DNA from: Phycisphaerae bacterium
Lineage (GTDB): Bacteria > Planctomycetota > Phycisphaerae > UBA1845
Direction: 5' to 3'
Length of the DNA: 64,000 nucleotides
NCBI GenBank assembly: GCA_020056715.1
Contig: JAGVHG010000040.1
Span: 75,920 to 139,919 of the forward strand
Within the stretch, counting starts at the first letter, position 1; every line of letters starts with the position of its first letter. A program made the position numbers and the translations under genes. Positions 53,601-60,987 of this stretch are shown piece after piece. The notes under the pieces are model-generated. The model did not search any database, was not told the DNA's origin, and saw only the letters and a program-made list of their open reading frames with translations.

Positions 53601-55712
53601 GAGGAGGGCGGCGGGATCGTTTTGTTCAGCGCCCCACCGAGCCTGCGCGAGCAAATCCTGACGACCATTGCCAAGCTCGAAGAGCAATACAAAGAGACGC
53701 GCACCCCGCGAATTATCGAGCTAAAAAACGCCAAGCCCAGCGCCCTGGCGGAGGCGATTGAGAAGGCCTACGACGCGAAAAAAGCGGGAGGTAAGTCGGG
53801 CGGATCGACCCCCGCGCGATTTACGGTGACGGCGCATGATTCGTCCAAGCGGTTATTTGTGATCGCCGATGACGAAACTTTCAAGGAAGTCGAGGCTTTG
53901 GCGAGACTGCTGGATGACAAGCCGGGTACGATCGGGGTGGAGTTTCGGATTTATCCGCTAAAGTTCGCCAGCGCCAAGACCGTTCACGCGCAGATGACCA
54001 AGCTGCTGAAAGACTACCTGTCGCGGTTGGGTCAGGATGCCAATAAGATTGAGGCGTTCAGCGTCGAGCCGGAAGAATCGTCCAACTCGCTCATCGTGCT
54101 CGGCGGTCCCACGGTGTTCGGTTTCCTGGAGGAGAACCTTCGGAAGATCGACACGCCGGAGATGAAGACGAGCCTGCCGGCATCGCTGATTGTCCCCCTG
54201 AGCAACGCGAACGCCGCGGAAGTAGCGGGGAATATCCAAAAGCTGTACGCCGGGAAGGAGCAACCGCTGGGAGTGACCGCGCCGCAAGTGGAGGCGAACC
54301 CGTCGACGAACACGCTCATCGTGCGCGGCACCCAGTCCCAGATCAACGAGATCAAGAAGGACATCATCGACCCGCTGGAAGCGCAAGACAAGCTCGCCAG
54401 ACAGGTGCAGGTCAAGCCGATTAAGTTGAAGTTCGCCGACCCCGCCGGGGCCGCGGAGGTGATCAACAAGCTCTTCCGTTCCGAAGGCAAGAACGCCCGC
54501 GATCAGGTGCAGGCGTCAGCGGATTTCACCTCCAATTCGGTGGTCGTGGCGGCCTCGCCGGAGAACTTCAAACGCATCGAGGATTTGATCGCCCAGATCG
54601 ACAGCGCCGAGACAAGTCAACAGGACGTCCACGTGGTGGAGATCAAGCACGCCGACGCCTCGTCCGTGGCACAGACCTTGACCGAAATCTTCGTCCGCGC
54701 GGCGGCAAAACAGATGGGCAATCAAGCGCCGCCGATCACCATCTCGGCGGTGGCGGGATCGCGGGCGCTGCTCATTAAGTGCAAGACCGACGACTTCGCC
54801 CGCATCAAGGAGACGATCAAGGAGCTGGACAACGAGGACGTCGGCACCGGCGGCGAAGTCCGCGTGGTGACGCTCCTCTACGGAGACGCCAACGAAATCT
54901 CACAAGCGATGGAAAAGTATCTGACCAACTCCGGGGCGGCTGGCGGTCGCGGACCTCGGTTGATGGGCGACGCTCGGATTAGCTCTATGCCGCAGAGCAA
55001 TAGCGTGATGATCAGCGCCGCCAAGGAGGAGGTCGAGCGCTTGGTCGAGATCGCGCACGGGATGGATGTGGCCGGCGAAAAGGGCAGCGTCCCGCAGATC
55101 ATTCCGCTGAAGTACGCAAATGTTGGTATGATCCTTCCCAGCGTGCAGGAGGTGTTCACGGAGACGCGAGGCGGCGGTCGGCGGAATCAGCCCGCGCCGG
55201 TGATCGTGGCCGACGAGGGCAGCAATGCGTTGATCGTGCGGGCTTCCCAGACGGACCTGGCCGCGATCCAGGGGATCGTCACCCAGTTGGACACCGAGGA
55301 CAAGAAAGATAAGACTCCGTTCCGCATTATTAAGGTAGCGGCGGGAATCAACGTGACGGATCTGGCGGAGCAGGTGGAGACGACATTGAACGAAACCTCG
55401 CGGTCCCAGGCCGGTTCGGGGCGCGGGGCGCAGGTTCGGAGCGTCGCGGTGACGCCGAACGTGCGGACGAATAGCCTTGTCGTGTCGGGGTACGCGGCTA
55501 TGTTCGATCAGGCCGAGGCCCTGGTTCGCAAGCTCGAGGAGATGGGTCCGGTGGGCAATCGAGTGACGGCCGTCGTTCCGCTCAAGAGGACCAAGGTCGA
55601 TGAAATCCAACGGCTCATTGACCAGTTGACGCAACAGCCCGGCGGGACGGGTGATTCACGGCGCGGCGGCAGTCGTCCGCGGCCGACGAGTCGCCCGCGA
55701 TCGGGACCGTGA
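47622..55712 (+). CDS. giant secreted secretin-N-repeat protein (N0-like + ~25 N1-type modules, no secretin beta-barrel)
   Basis: Signal peptide (..GSMPFALA-QV) and a Pro/Gln-rich linker. N0/STN-like domain at aa 243-318. Repeated modules then carry the signature h.LK.A.A..h...L..hh ... D.(R)TN.LhV.A......I..LI..LD, e.g. VEIKHADASSVAQTLTEIF..SRALLIKCKTDDFARIKETIKELD. The protein ends without a barrel domain. Confidence 0.75.
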   Translation: MKHRPIRRTRRPLGVAILYLAVLGSVGSMPFALAQVPTQPAQPTPQPATKGRRTSNIKPPVQPQQTDEPKTAPDAEVETPKEAETAQPQTPPQPIPPRPVRPTPGKGVEPSDAAVKPTMPEGALDPARGAVAQPQPQPTAEAPKKPDESEVDPAKRVEEARKAAADRAAARRARTGQGTDATGRPIAGQPATGATGLPSGAGSMPVMPPSGETMGEVPPDGEPSTTLNIAPAESDVPPEARMYGFSIKDGTYEQLIAGFARQTGLGVIGDAPKDGKVTFVTTETLTFDQTLARVQMLLFKYKPHEPYWIVRNETNLEVSKVNDIYRVLPRNRMFRNLDDYRAANLSSDELALVVYTPKSGSIAALKQVRDWLPDYVRVTPLDEQNSVTIFALVSDIEKYLWLLDWISGARTDPRTLTKIEVRHLLASEALNRMRQLMDIEGAPQGRPQTAVPKRAAREPSALDTMPEPPVTVIADDAQGILLVRAMQDKIDEIKLLLPFIDVDLSTQSPAPVIVKLQYVDANDMIATLQQILSASSTPPGTPTPPRAKKGKKGLPTPAGTAPMGASGTATAPESITLLPHPSDNAIIVLADEEGVARVRELVTLFDVSTTMDPIRLPLSHADANEVLNTITAVLGAANPKGKPALDRFTVVVDPAGDAVWFRGGDKDLARVKGLIETIDVAGEPVSLRVVMLKYQQPTFVSNMLREFEGTNSASPTPAPAGRKPKSKRAVSVQTSKFTPDDTTNRLFIICTEDDWARYQPLIAQLDRPADDGEVFVRLPLQHAEPNTAIDRLVAMLGDGESVRFIPSEGSILVVGAKPQQIERIKVFIAEVDKPSHVEQRTFEIRHANPADIKSAIESLIADMPVKAPRRPRKGDAGKSGVATEATVTDQLTIVQLGQRLVVQTTPARMEQVAALIAEFDVEEAKTELKVYADFPPGTNIESISDTVSSVFTATGRGSKRGNKDVAAVEGPKFIPQPASGKLVVIADPSVFPEIERLLNVLRREVEARPTIVAFVEVKHADPADLVESIKPLLDIKIRGLVESGELDEAGEEGVAAPKMPKRRSAPSQTSSDRYHLSPDSRNHRIVIAAPQVVVDQAKALIAQFDTPGEKPVFKTVELANAAPDEMVRAVKEMMGRPVARKAVSTGKGKAPVMPAVDLGGGSEGLSVVEAPGGGAVILHGQAAEVAQAEDWIKQLDAMSTRGRTIKVYEIKKADMAKLFDLVVNVVGSSSPAMGGKGVPQMPHRSAGKGADTKEKDIEEEFTTSKTFSGADLYIQADLIGKTMLVAATPSKVAEIDDIVARLDKGTEEAIGRVIGADKPTPKLMYDLKEADAIDAKYALRDAFETMWEPRDELPQVDGFGSVLIVRYPHDERFDEIQEFIRKYADKPDPEKTKIVAKSFPAPAGLRAEEAAAWIKINHPEIVVDLVDKTPGSDKPYEIEQIRPLAPKKANPCVLPGAFLRATDALLGSIVGQSPPQNGAGGQPEAQPLPEEEATEDEPEEEVAPIPTGDDMIRRAITPIVPRKSKKTTEPQADDKSKTSDKSSDKPGEKADDKKGLTGERIEIEYNNVAGVFVVKGQAGDVKEVDDWLDELKEGIEDFPVKPDIRIFRVRYIDVDLAQDILEEMFNATKQQTAMLQQQQQAAMRAQQQLQQRQGQQGQQPGAKGQPGDQAGPGAPGAPGGRNAQPQAIQAQLAPPQLPQAGVRIYPNRRDRTLILRAETSQYPQIEELLATIDQPKPIDSFMRTYPLKNLNAAEVEEILREMLGIGKEGARPKAGAARTPGVPGAPGASAAPADQLPQTILQETVSGASQLGVDPADIKLFSSEVSNTVMAMAPKKALDFIGELINKLESEDIPQRTTKYYELKHADVEDAAAYLESHFEEASGPRKTRKGGGDAAAAGPGGKSLNTPSFVPYPRLNFLTVQATAAQIEEIDKIVERIDVSGGTDKWEDVALAHADAKLVADTLTKMFTDKSGGGTVPSKATSKGAAIPKFIGEEGGGIVLFSAPPSLREQILTTIAKLEEQYKETRTPRIIELKNAKPSALAEAIEKAYDAKKAGGKSGGSTPARFTVTAHDSSKRLFVIADDETFKEVEALARLLDDKPGTIGVEFRIYPLKFASAKTVHAQMTKLLKDYLSRLGQDANKIEAFSVEPEESSNSLIVLGGPTVFGFLEENLRKIDTPEMKTSLPASLIVPLSNANAAEVAGNIQKLYAGKEQPLGVTAPQVEANPSTNTLIVRGTQSQINEIKKDIIDPLEAQDKLARQVQVKPIKLKFADPAGAAEVINKLFRSEGKNARDQVQASADFTSNSVVVAASPENFKRIEDLIAQIDSAETSQQDVHVVEIKHADASSVAQTLTEIFVRAAAKQMGNQAPPITISAVAGSRALLIKCKTDDFARIKETIKELDNEDVGTGGEVRVVTLLYGDANEISQAMEKYLTNSGAAGGRGPRLMGDARISSMPQSNSVMISAAKEEVERLVEIAHGMDVAGEKGSVPQIIPLKYANVGMILPSVQEVFTETRGGGRRNQPAPVIVADEGSNALIVRASQTDLAAIQGIVTQLDTEDKKDKTPFRIIKVAAGINVTDLAEQVETTLNETSRSQAGSGRGAQVRSVAVTPNVRTNSLVVSGYAAMFDQAEALVRKLEEMGPVGNRVTAVVPLKRTKVDEIQRLIDQLTQQPGGTGDSRRGGSRPRPTSRPRSGP

Positions 55713-55713
55713 G

Positions 55714-55770
55714 TCAGAGCGCCGGGCACAAGCCCGGTGACCGTGTTTGTCCGCAGGCTTGCGCCTGCGG
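55714..55770. repeat. two-hairpin intergenic element, copy B (TCAGAGC + CCGGGC-ACAA-GCCCGG + CCGCAGGC-TTGC-GCCTGCGG)
   Basis: Starts 2 nt after the giant gene stop. It aligns with 11972-12028 and carries paired (compensatory) stem substitutions. Confidence 0.7.
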
Positions 55771-55822
55771 CTCGGCGGGGCGGACTGTGTGGAAGGACCG
55801 GGCCATGGATGGGTTCCGGTGA

Positions 55823-58800
55823 GTGGAGGCAATGGTGATGAGGATGAACGGACAAACGAGGACGGGATGCGTCGGCCGGTGGCGATGGATATTCGCCGTG
55901 GGCGTCTTCGCGGCGAGTTTGTTGTTGGTGGACGGCTCGGCGAGAGGTCAGGCCGAGCGCAGTTCCGAACAAGCGCAAACGCAACAGCCGCCGAGCCCGC
56001 CGGCCCCACAACGCAAGGGTGCAGTGCAGCCGTCGCAACCTGCGCAACGCCCACAGCAACCACGCGGACAAAAACCGCCGGCACAGCCCGATCGGATCAG
56101 CGAGCTGGTGCGCGGACTCGACCCCGCGGTCTTGGCGCAGCTCGCCGGGGCGGAGGTGACGGCCGAGGTGGTCGGCGACCAAGTGATTTTGCAAGGCCCG
56201 GAGGAAGCGGTGAAGGCGATCGAACTGCTCATCCGAGCGCTGGAGGTCGAAAGCGAGTCGAAAGCGAAAGTCCTGCAGGTGGTCCAAGTCACGGAGCGTG
56301 ACGCCGTGGAGATCGCTCGGACCGTCCAACAGGCGGTGCGCGATGCGTTGGGATTCGCAGCGCAAAAACAGGAGGATAAGATCTCCGTCACCGCACTGTC
56401 ATCGAACATTCTATTGATAGCGGCGTCGCCGAAAGAAATCGACCAGGTGATCGACATCATCGAGCAGGTCGACGCGATTCCCGATCCGTTGGGCAAGGTG
56501 GAGTTGATGCGCTTCGACGTCGTGCATCGCAAGGCGGGCGACGTGGCCAAGGAATTGGAGAAGATCATCACCCAACTTCGCGTCGCCGCTGGGCAGAAAA
56601 AGGACCAGGGGAAGCTGCAAATCATTCCCAACAACTCCAACAACACCATTACCGTCACCGCCCGCGAAACCGAGCGCGAGAAGATCCAGGCCCTTATCGA
56701 GAATATCGACGTGGAGCCGAAAAAGGGCTGGGGCGAAATTCGCCTGACCATCTTCCCGTTGCTTCATTCCAAAGCGAGCGATCTCCAGAAAGTCATCCAG
56801 GATTTGATCAAATCGGAGGCCAAGGCGGACAAGGACGCCGTACAGGAGATGATCCAGCGCCTGCGCATAAGCAAGGCCGACGCGACCGGCAAGATGACCG
56901 ACCTTGCACCGATCGATCTTCAGCGCCAATTGCGGATCATCTCTGACACGGGCACGAACAGCTTGATCGTGGCGACGATCGAGGAGAACGTCGAGCCTAT
57001 GGGCGAGTTGATCCGCCTGCTCGACGGCGTGCCGCTCGCGGAGGAGTTCGCGGTCAAGCTGTTTCCCCTTCGCTTCGCCGACGCGGAGACGGTCAACAAA
57101 GTGCTCAAGGAGATGTTCGATTCCGGCAAGAAGCTGCCTGAGGACCCCAACGGCGGCGGAAAGGGCGGCGTCCCCACGGGTTCCGAGGGGCACGCCCTGG
57201 TATACAACGTAGGTCTGGCCACGGACTTGCGCACCAACACGTTGATCGTCTCCGGTCGCCCCGAGCAGTTGGGGCTGGTGGAGACGGTCGTCGGTGAACT
57301 GGACCGCCCCGCGACGGCCCTGAAGTTCCCCTTGCGGCTGATTCCCTTGGAGTACAACGACGCGACCGGGTTTGGGAAGATGGTGACGGAGTTGTTCGAC
57401 CAACGGATGAAGACGGTCGAGGCTACGAACGCGGGCAAGTCCGCCGCGGAACGCGAGCGCATCTTTCTCAGCGTGGACCTCCGCACCAACTCCTTGATCG
57501 TTTCGGCCTCGGAGGAGAACTTCAACGAGATTGTCGCCATCGCCCGGCAGTTGGATACGAAGCCGGCGAAGCTGTTCGACCAAATCCGAATCGTGCCGCT
57601 AGCCAGACTCACCGCCAAGGACATGAAGACCAAGATCGAGGACTTGTGGAAGCGCAAGGCCGATCTGCGCAAGGAGGGCAAGCTGCTCGAGGATCTGCCC
57701 ATCGTGGCCTTCGATGAACGCAGCAACTCGCTCGTGGTCGCCTCCAACCGCGAGGACTTCGACGAAATCCTGCGACTGGTGACTCTGCTCGAGGCCCAGC
57801 CGCTGATCGAAGATATCCGGCTGTTCAAGTTGGAGTTTGCCGACGCGGCCGTCCTTTCGGGGATGTTGGACGAGTTGTTCAAGGGTCTCGCTGGTCAATC
57901 GGAATCCTTCAAGGCGCCCACGATCATTCCCGACTCGCGAAGCAACGCGTTGGTCGTGGCGGGCGCCCGCGACGCGACGGAGCGCGTGGCCGAGGTGGTT
58001 CAACGGCTGGACGTGGAGGCCGGACCGCTCACCGCGGTTTTCAAGGTGTATCCCCTGAAGAACGGCTCGGCCAATCAGCTTGCCCAGCGGATGCAAAAGC
58101 TGTTTGACTCCCGTAAGGAGGGCGAAAAGACCGACCGGACGCCGGTGGTGATTCTGTCGGAGGAGTCGTCCAATAGCCTGGTGGTCAGCGCCTCGCGCGA
58201 CGATCATGACGTGATCGACGGCCTAATCGATCTGCTGGACAAACCGTCGAGTCTTGCCCAGCAATTCGAGATCTTCCCGCTGAAGATGTCCAAGGCCAAG
58301 ACGGTGGCGGAAAAGCTGGACAGCCTCTTCAAAGCACAGGGCGAGGGAACGACGGGTCGGGCGGATGCCATCGCCACGCAGGCCGACGAGCGGACCAACT
58401 CGATCATCGTGTGGGCGTCGCCCTCGCAAATGGCCAACATCGGCGAGGTCATCGCCAAGCTCGACACCTCCACGCCGGCCGTGGAGATGATGATTAAGGT
58501 TATCCAACTCAAGCAGGCGCTAGCGACGGATTTCGCCAAACTGCTCGAGGAGACGCTGATTGGCGACAAGTCCGGCGGCGATGAGGAGCGTGCGGTCATC
58601 GTGTCGTTTCTGGAAAAAAACCCGAACGGCAAGGAAATCCTACGCAAGTTGTTGCGCCAGGACATCCGCATCAAGCCCGACCCTCGGACCAACTCCGTGA
58701 TGGTCATGGCCCCGGCGGACAGTATGTCGATGCTGGAGGCGATGATACTTGACTTCGACCGCATCCGCCCGGTGACCTCCGAAATCCGCCTGTTTCCGCT

Positions 58801-60379
58801 CATTAACAGTGACGCGAAGACCATGGTGGAACAGCTCACGGAACTGTTTAAGGCCGAAGGAGGGACTAAAGAGGGCGAGGCGAAAAGCCAACTGGTGTTC
58901 GGCGCCGCGGCCGAGGGATTGGACCTTGCGAGCGTCGGCCAAGAGCTGCGCTTCGCCGCCGATACCCGCACCAACACGCTCATTGCGGCGGGAGCACAAG
59001 TATACCTGCGGATGGTCGAGGACCTGGTGCGCTATCTGGATTCGCAGGAGGCCGAGGAGCGGGTGAACGAGGTGTACCAAGCCAAGTTCCGCCCCGCTTC
59101 CGACCTCGCCACCGCAGTCCAGGGGTTCATCAAGCAGGAGGTTGACGTGATCGGCGAGGCCGCGGACACGGAGGCGAAGACGAGGAAACAAGAACGACAA
59201 GTGTCCGTCGAAAGCGTAGGAAAGGAAGAGAAGGGGAGCAGCAGTTTGCTGGTGGGGACTAGTCGCCGCGCGTATCAGCGGACGATGGACATGATCCAGT
59301 CCCTCGATCGACCCGAACCGCAGGTCATGATCTCCGTACTGATCGCCGAAGTGTCGCTGACCGGCGGCGTAGACTTGGGGATCGAGTTCGCCGGACAAGA
59401 CCTGACCTTCTCCAAGAAGGCCGTGGTCGGCCCCAACGGCATCGTGCAAGGCAGCGACTTCGACTTCGTCGGCGGCACGGACCTCGGGGCCGCCGGTCTG
59501 GGTTTGGGGGGGTTCAACTTCACTATCACCGGCGAGGACTTCAGTTTCCTCTTGCGGGCCTTGCAACAAGACAGCCGGCTCGAGGTGCTGTCGCGCCCGG
59601 TCCTCATGGTTCGCAACGGCGAAGAGGGCAAGATCACCATCGCCGACAAGGTGCCCATTGTGGCGTCCACGAACCTCAATCCGACCGGTCAAACACAATC
59701 GACCATCGGTCGGGAGGACGTGGGCATCATCCTGACCGCAACGCCGCACATCAGCCCGGACGGTTACGTCACCATTAAGATGAAGCAGGAGATATCGAGC
59801 ATCGGCGCCAACGTCCAACTGACCGAGGGGGTCGCTTCGCCGATTTTCTCCACCCGCGAGGTGGAGACCAATGTGACCATCCGCGACGGGGAGACGGTGG
59901 TGATCGGCGGGCTGATCCAGTCGAGCGATGGACAAACTGAGAACAAGGTCCCCATTCTGGGGGACATTCCGTGGCTTGGCGTGTTGTTCCGCACCACTTC
60001 AGCCACCACCCGCAGGACGGAGCTTATGGTGGTTCTAACCGTCGACATCCTACGCACCGACGAGGACGTGAAGCAGATGTCGGTGGAGCAGCGCGACAAG
60101 TTCTTGCTCCCCGACACCATCCGGCAAAGTCCGTTGATGGAAGGTCTGCGGATCACGCCGCAGGAACAGGCCCTTGGACCGAAGGAGGACCGCGCGTCCG
60201 CCAAGGTGCCCCCGCCCGGTCCGGCGATCGAACCGCGACGCGAGGATCGCGATCTCTATGGACCGCGTCCCAAGACCTATGGGCCGGTGATCACTCGCCC
60301 GACCTCGACGAGCACGACGCAGGGCCCGGTTTACGGCCCCAACATCGCCCGCAACAAGGATTCGGTCGCCCACCCATGA
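55823..60379 (+). CDS. gspD: secretin (GspD/PilQ family) with 12 N-type modules plus a leading half-module
   Basis: Signal peptide. 12 Secretin_N-like modules. C-terminal secretin domain at about 59315-60053 (VLIAEVSL.., LEVLSRPVLMVRNGEEGKITI, PILGDIPWLGVLFR, ELMVVLT). ATGs at 55832/55838/55844 are more likely starts than GTG 55823. Confidence 0.9.
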   Translation: MEAMVMRMNGQTRTGCVGRWRWIFAVGVFAASLLLVDGSARGQAERSSEQAQTQQPPSPPAPQRKGAVQPSQPAQRPQQPRGQKPPAQPDRISELVRGLDPAVLAQLAGAEVTAEVVGDQVILQGPEEAVKAIELLIRALEVESESKAKVLQVVQVTERDAVEIARTVQQAVRDALGFAAQKQEDKISVTALSSNILLIAASPKEIDQVIDIIEQVDAIPDPLGKVELMRFDVVHRKAGDVAKELEKIITQLRVAAGQKKDQGKLQIIPNNSNNTITVTARETEREKIQALIENIDVEPKKGWGEIRLTIFPLLHSKASDLQKVIQDLIKSEAKADKDAVQEMIQRLRISKADATGKMTDLAPIDLQRQLRIISDTGTNSLIVATIEENVEPMGELIRLLDGVPLAEEFAVKLFPLRFADAETVNKVLKEMFDSGKKLPEDPNGGGKGGVPTGSEGHALVYNVGLATDLRTNTLIVSGRPEQLGLVETVVGELDRPATALKFPLRLIPLEYNDATGFGKMVTELFDQRMKTVEATNAGKSAAERERIFLSVDLRTNSLIVSASEENFNEIVAIARQLDTKPAKLFDQIRIVPLARLTAKDMKTKIEDLWKRKADLRKEGKLLEDLPIVAFDERSNSLVVASNREDFDEILRLVTLLEAQPLIEDIRLFKLEFADAAVLSGMLDELFKGLAGQSESFKAPTIIPDSRSNALVVAGARDATERVAEVVQRLDVEAGPLTAVFKVYPLKNGSANQLAQRMQKLFDSRKEGEKTDRTPVVILSEESSNSLVVSASRDDHDVIDGLIDLLDKPSSLAQQFEIFPLKMSKAKTVAEKLDSLFKAQGEGTTGRADAIATQADERTNSIIVWASPSQMANIGEVIAKLDTSTPAVEMMIKVIQLKQALATDFAKLLEETLIGDKSGGDEERAVIVSFLEKNPNGKEILRKLLRQDIRIKPDPRTNSVMVMAPADSMSMLEAMILDFDRIRPVTSEIRLFPLINSDAKTMVEQLTELFKAEGGTKEGEAKSQLVFGAAAEGLDLASVGQELRFAADTRTNTLIAAGAQVYLRMVEDLVRYLDSQEAEERVNEVYQAKFRPASDLATAVQGFIKQEVDVIGEAADTEAKTRKQERQVSVESVGKEEKGSSSLLVGTSRRAYQRTMDMIQSLDRPEPQVMISVLIAEVSLTGGVDLGIEFAGQDLTFSKKAVVGPNGIVQGSDFDFVGGTDLGAAGLGLGGFNFTITGEDFSFLLRALQQDSRLEVLSRPVLMVRNGEEGKITIADKVPIVASTNLNPTGQTQSTIGREDVGIILTATPHISPDGYVTIKMKQEISSIGANVQLTEGVASPIFSTREVETNVTIRDGETVVIGGLIQSSDGQTENKVPILGDIPWLGVLFRTTSATTRRTELMVVLTVDILRTDEDVKQMSVEQRDKFLLPDTIRQSPLMEGLRITPQEQALGPKEDRASAKVPPPGPAIEPRREDRDLYGPRPKTYGPVITRPTSTSTTQGPVYGPNIARNKDSVAHP

Positions 60380-60930
60380 CCACCGTCCAGGCGATGATAC
60401 GGCGAAGGTTTCGGTCGGTGGCGACATGCTTGGGCGTGTTCGCCTTGGTCACCGGCGGATGCCGTTCTTTGGGTAGGACGGACGCAAGCTCACCGCCGTC
60501 GTCGTCGCGCCCCATCCGCTCGGGCGACATTCACGGCGTGGTTTGTCTGTTCGATCAAAAGCCGTGGATCAGCGTCGATGCCGCGGGAGATCCCGATCCG
60601 GAGGGCATCCGCTATCGTGTCTTTCTCGACCCCGGCAAAGGTAAATGCGTTCTACGTGAAGGTTCGTTTCGTATTGAGATGTATCTGATCGATCGCACGG
60701 ACTCCGGCGATACTGAGCGTACGCTGGTGAGCGATTGGAATTATCCGACGAGCGAGCTTGGAACCGTTCTTTCCAAGATTCTCGGCAAAGGCTATCACCT
60801 TCAACTGCGCTGGGCGAAGAAAGACACCGCCGGGCACGAGATCGAAGTGGTCACGCAGTTCATCGATCGATACGGCAACACCACGCGGTCGCCGACCAAG
60901 CGACTCCGCGTGCCGAAGTATTCGTCCTGA
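60376..60930 (+). CDS. lipoprotein, candidate pilotin/secretin accessory
   Basis: Lipobox-like LVTGGC after a basic/hydrophobic signal. Its ATG overlaps the secretin TGA (ATGA). The longer ORF-track version is an artefactual extension. Confidence 0.45.
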   Translation: MTTVQAMIRRRFRSVATCLGVFALVTGGCRSLGRTDASSPPSSSRPIRSGDIHGVVCLFDQKPWISVDAAGDPDPEGIRYRVFLDPGKGKCVLREGSFRIEMYLIDRTDSGDTERTLVSDWNYPTSELGTVLSKILGKGYHLQLRWAKKDTAGHEIEVVTQFIDRYGNTTRSPTKRLRVPKYSS

Positions 60931-60940
60931 AAGCGTGTAC

Positions 60941-60972
60941 AAAAACTCCTCTCCCCCTTATGGGGAGAGGGG
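60941..60972 (-). terminator. intrinsic terminator for the isc operon (hairpin CCTCTCCCC-loop-GGGGAGAGG + T-run on minus strand)
   Basis: 9-11 bp GC stem at 60946-60972 followed, on the minus strand, by TTTTT (complement of 60941-60945). It lies 16 nt after the iscX stop, between convergent genes. Confidence 0.6.
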
Positions 60973-60987
60973 TTCCTAGACACACTT

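Noticed and set aside
47282-59935. Many long minus-strand and off-frame ORFs inside the giant gene and secretin (e.g. 49143-50315, 52083-53006, 56411-57583, 58640-59935)
   Set aside because: The plus-strand frames carry dozens of repeated, recognisable secretin-N modules and a secretin domain. The competing ORFs are Arg/Gly/Leu-rich shadows without motifs.
59971-60375. N-terminal extension of the lipoprotein ORF (319-aa version)
   Set aside because: The extension lies entirely inside the secretin coding region in another frame and is Arg/His/Gly-rich. The internal ATG at 60376 gives a proper lipoprotein signal and an ATGA coupling.
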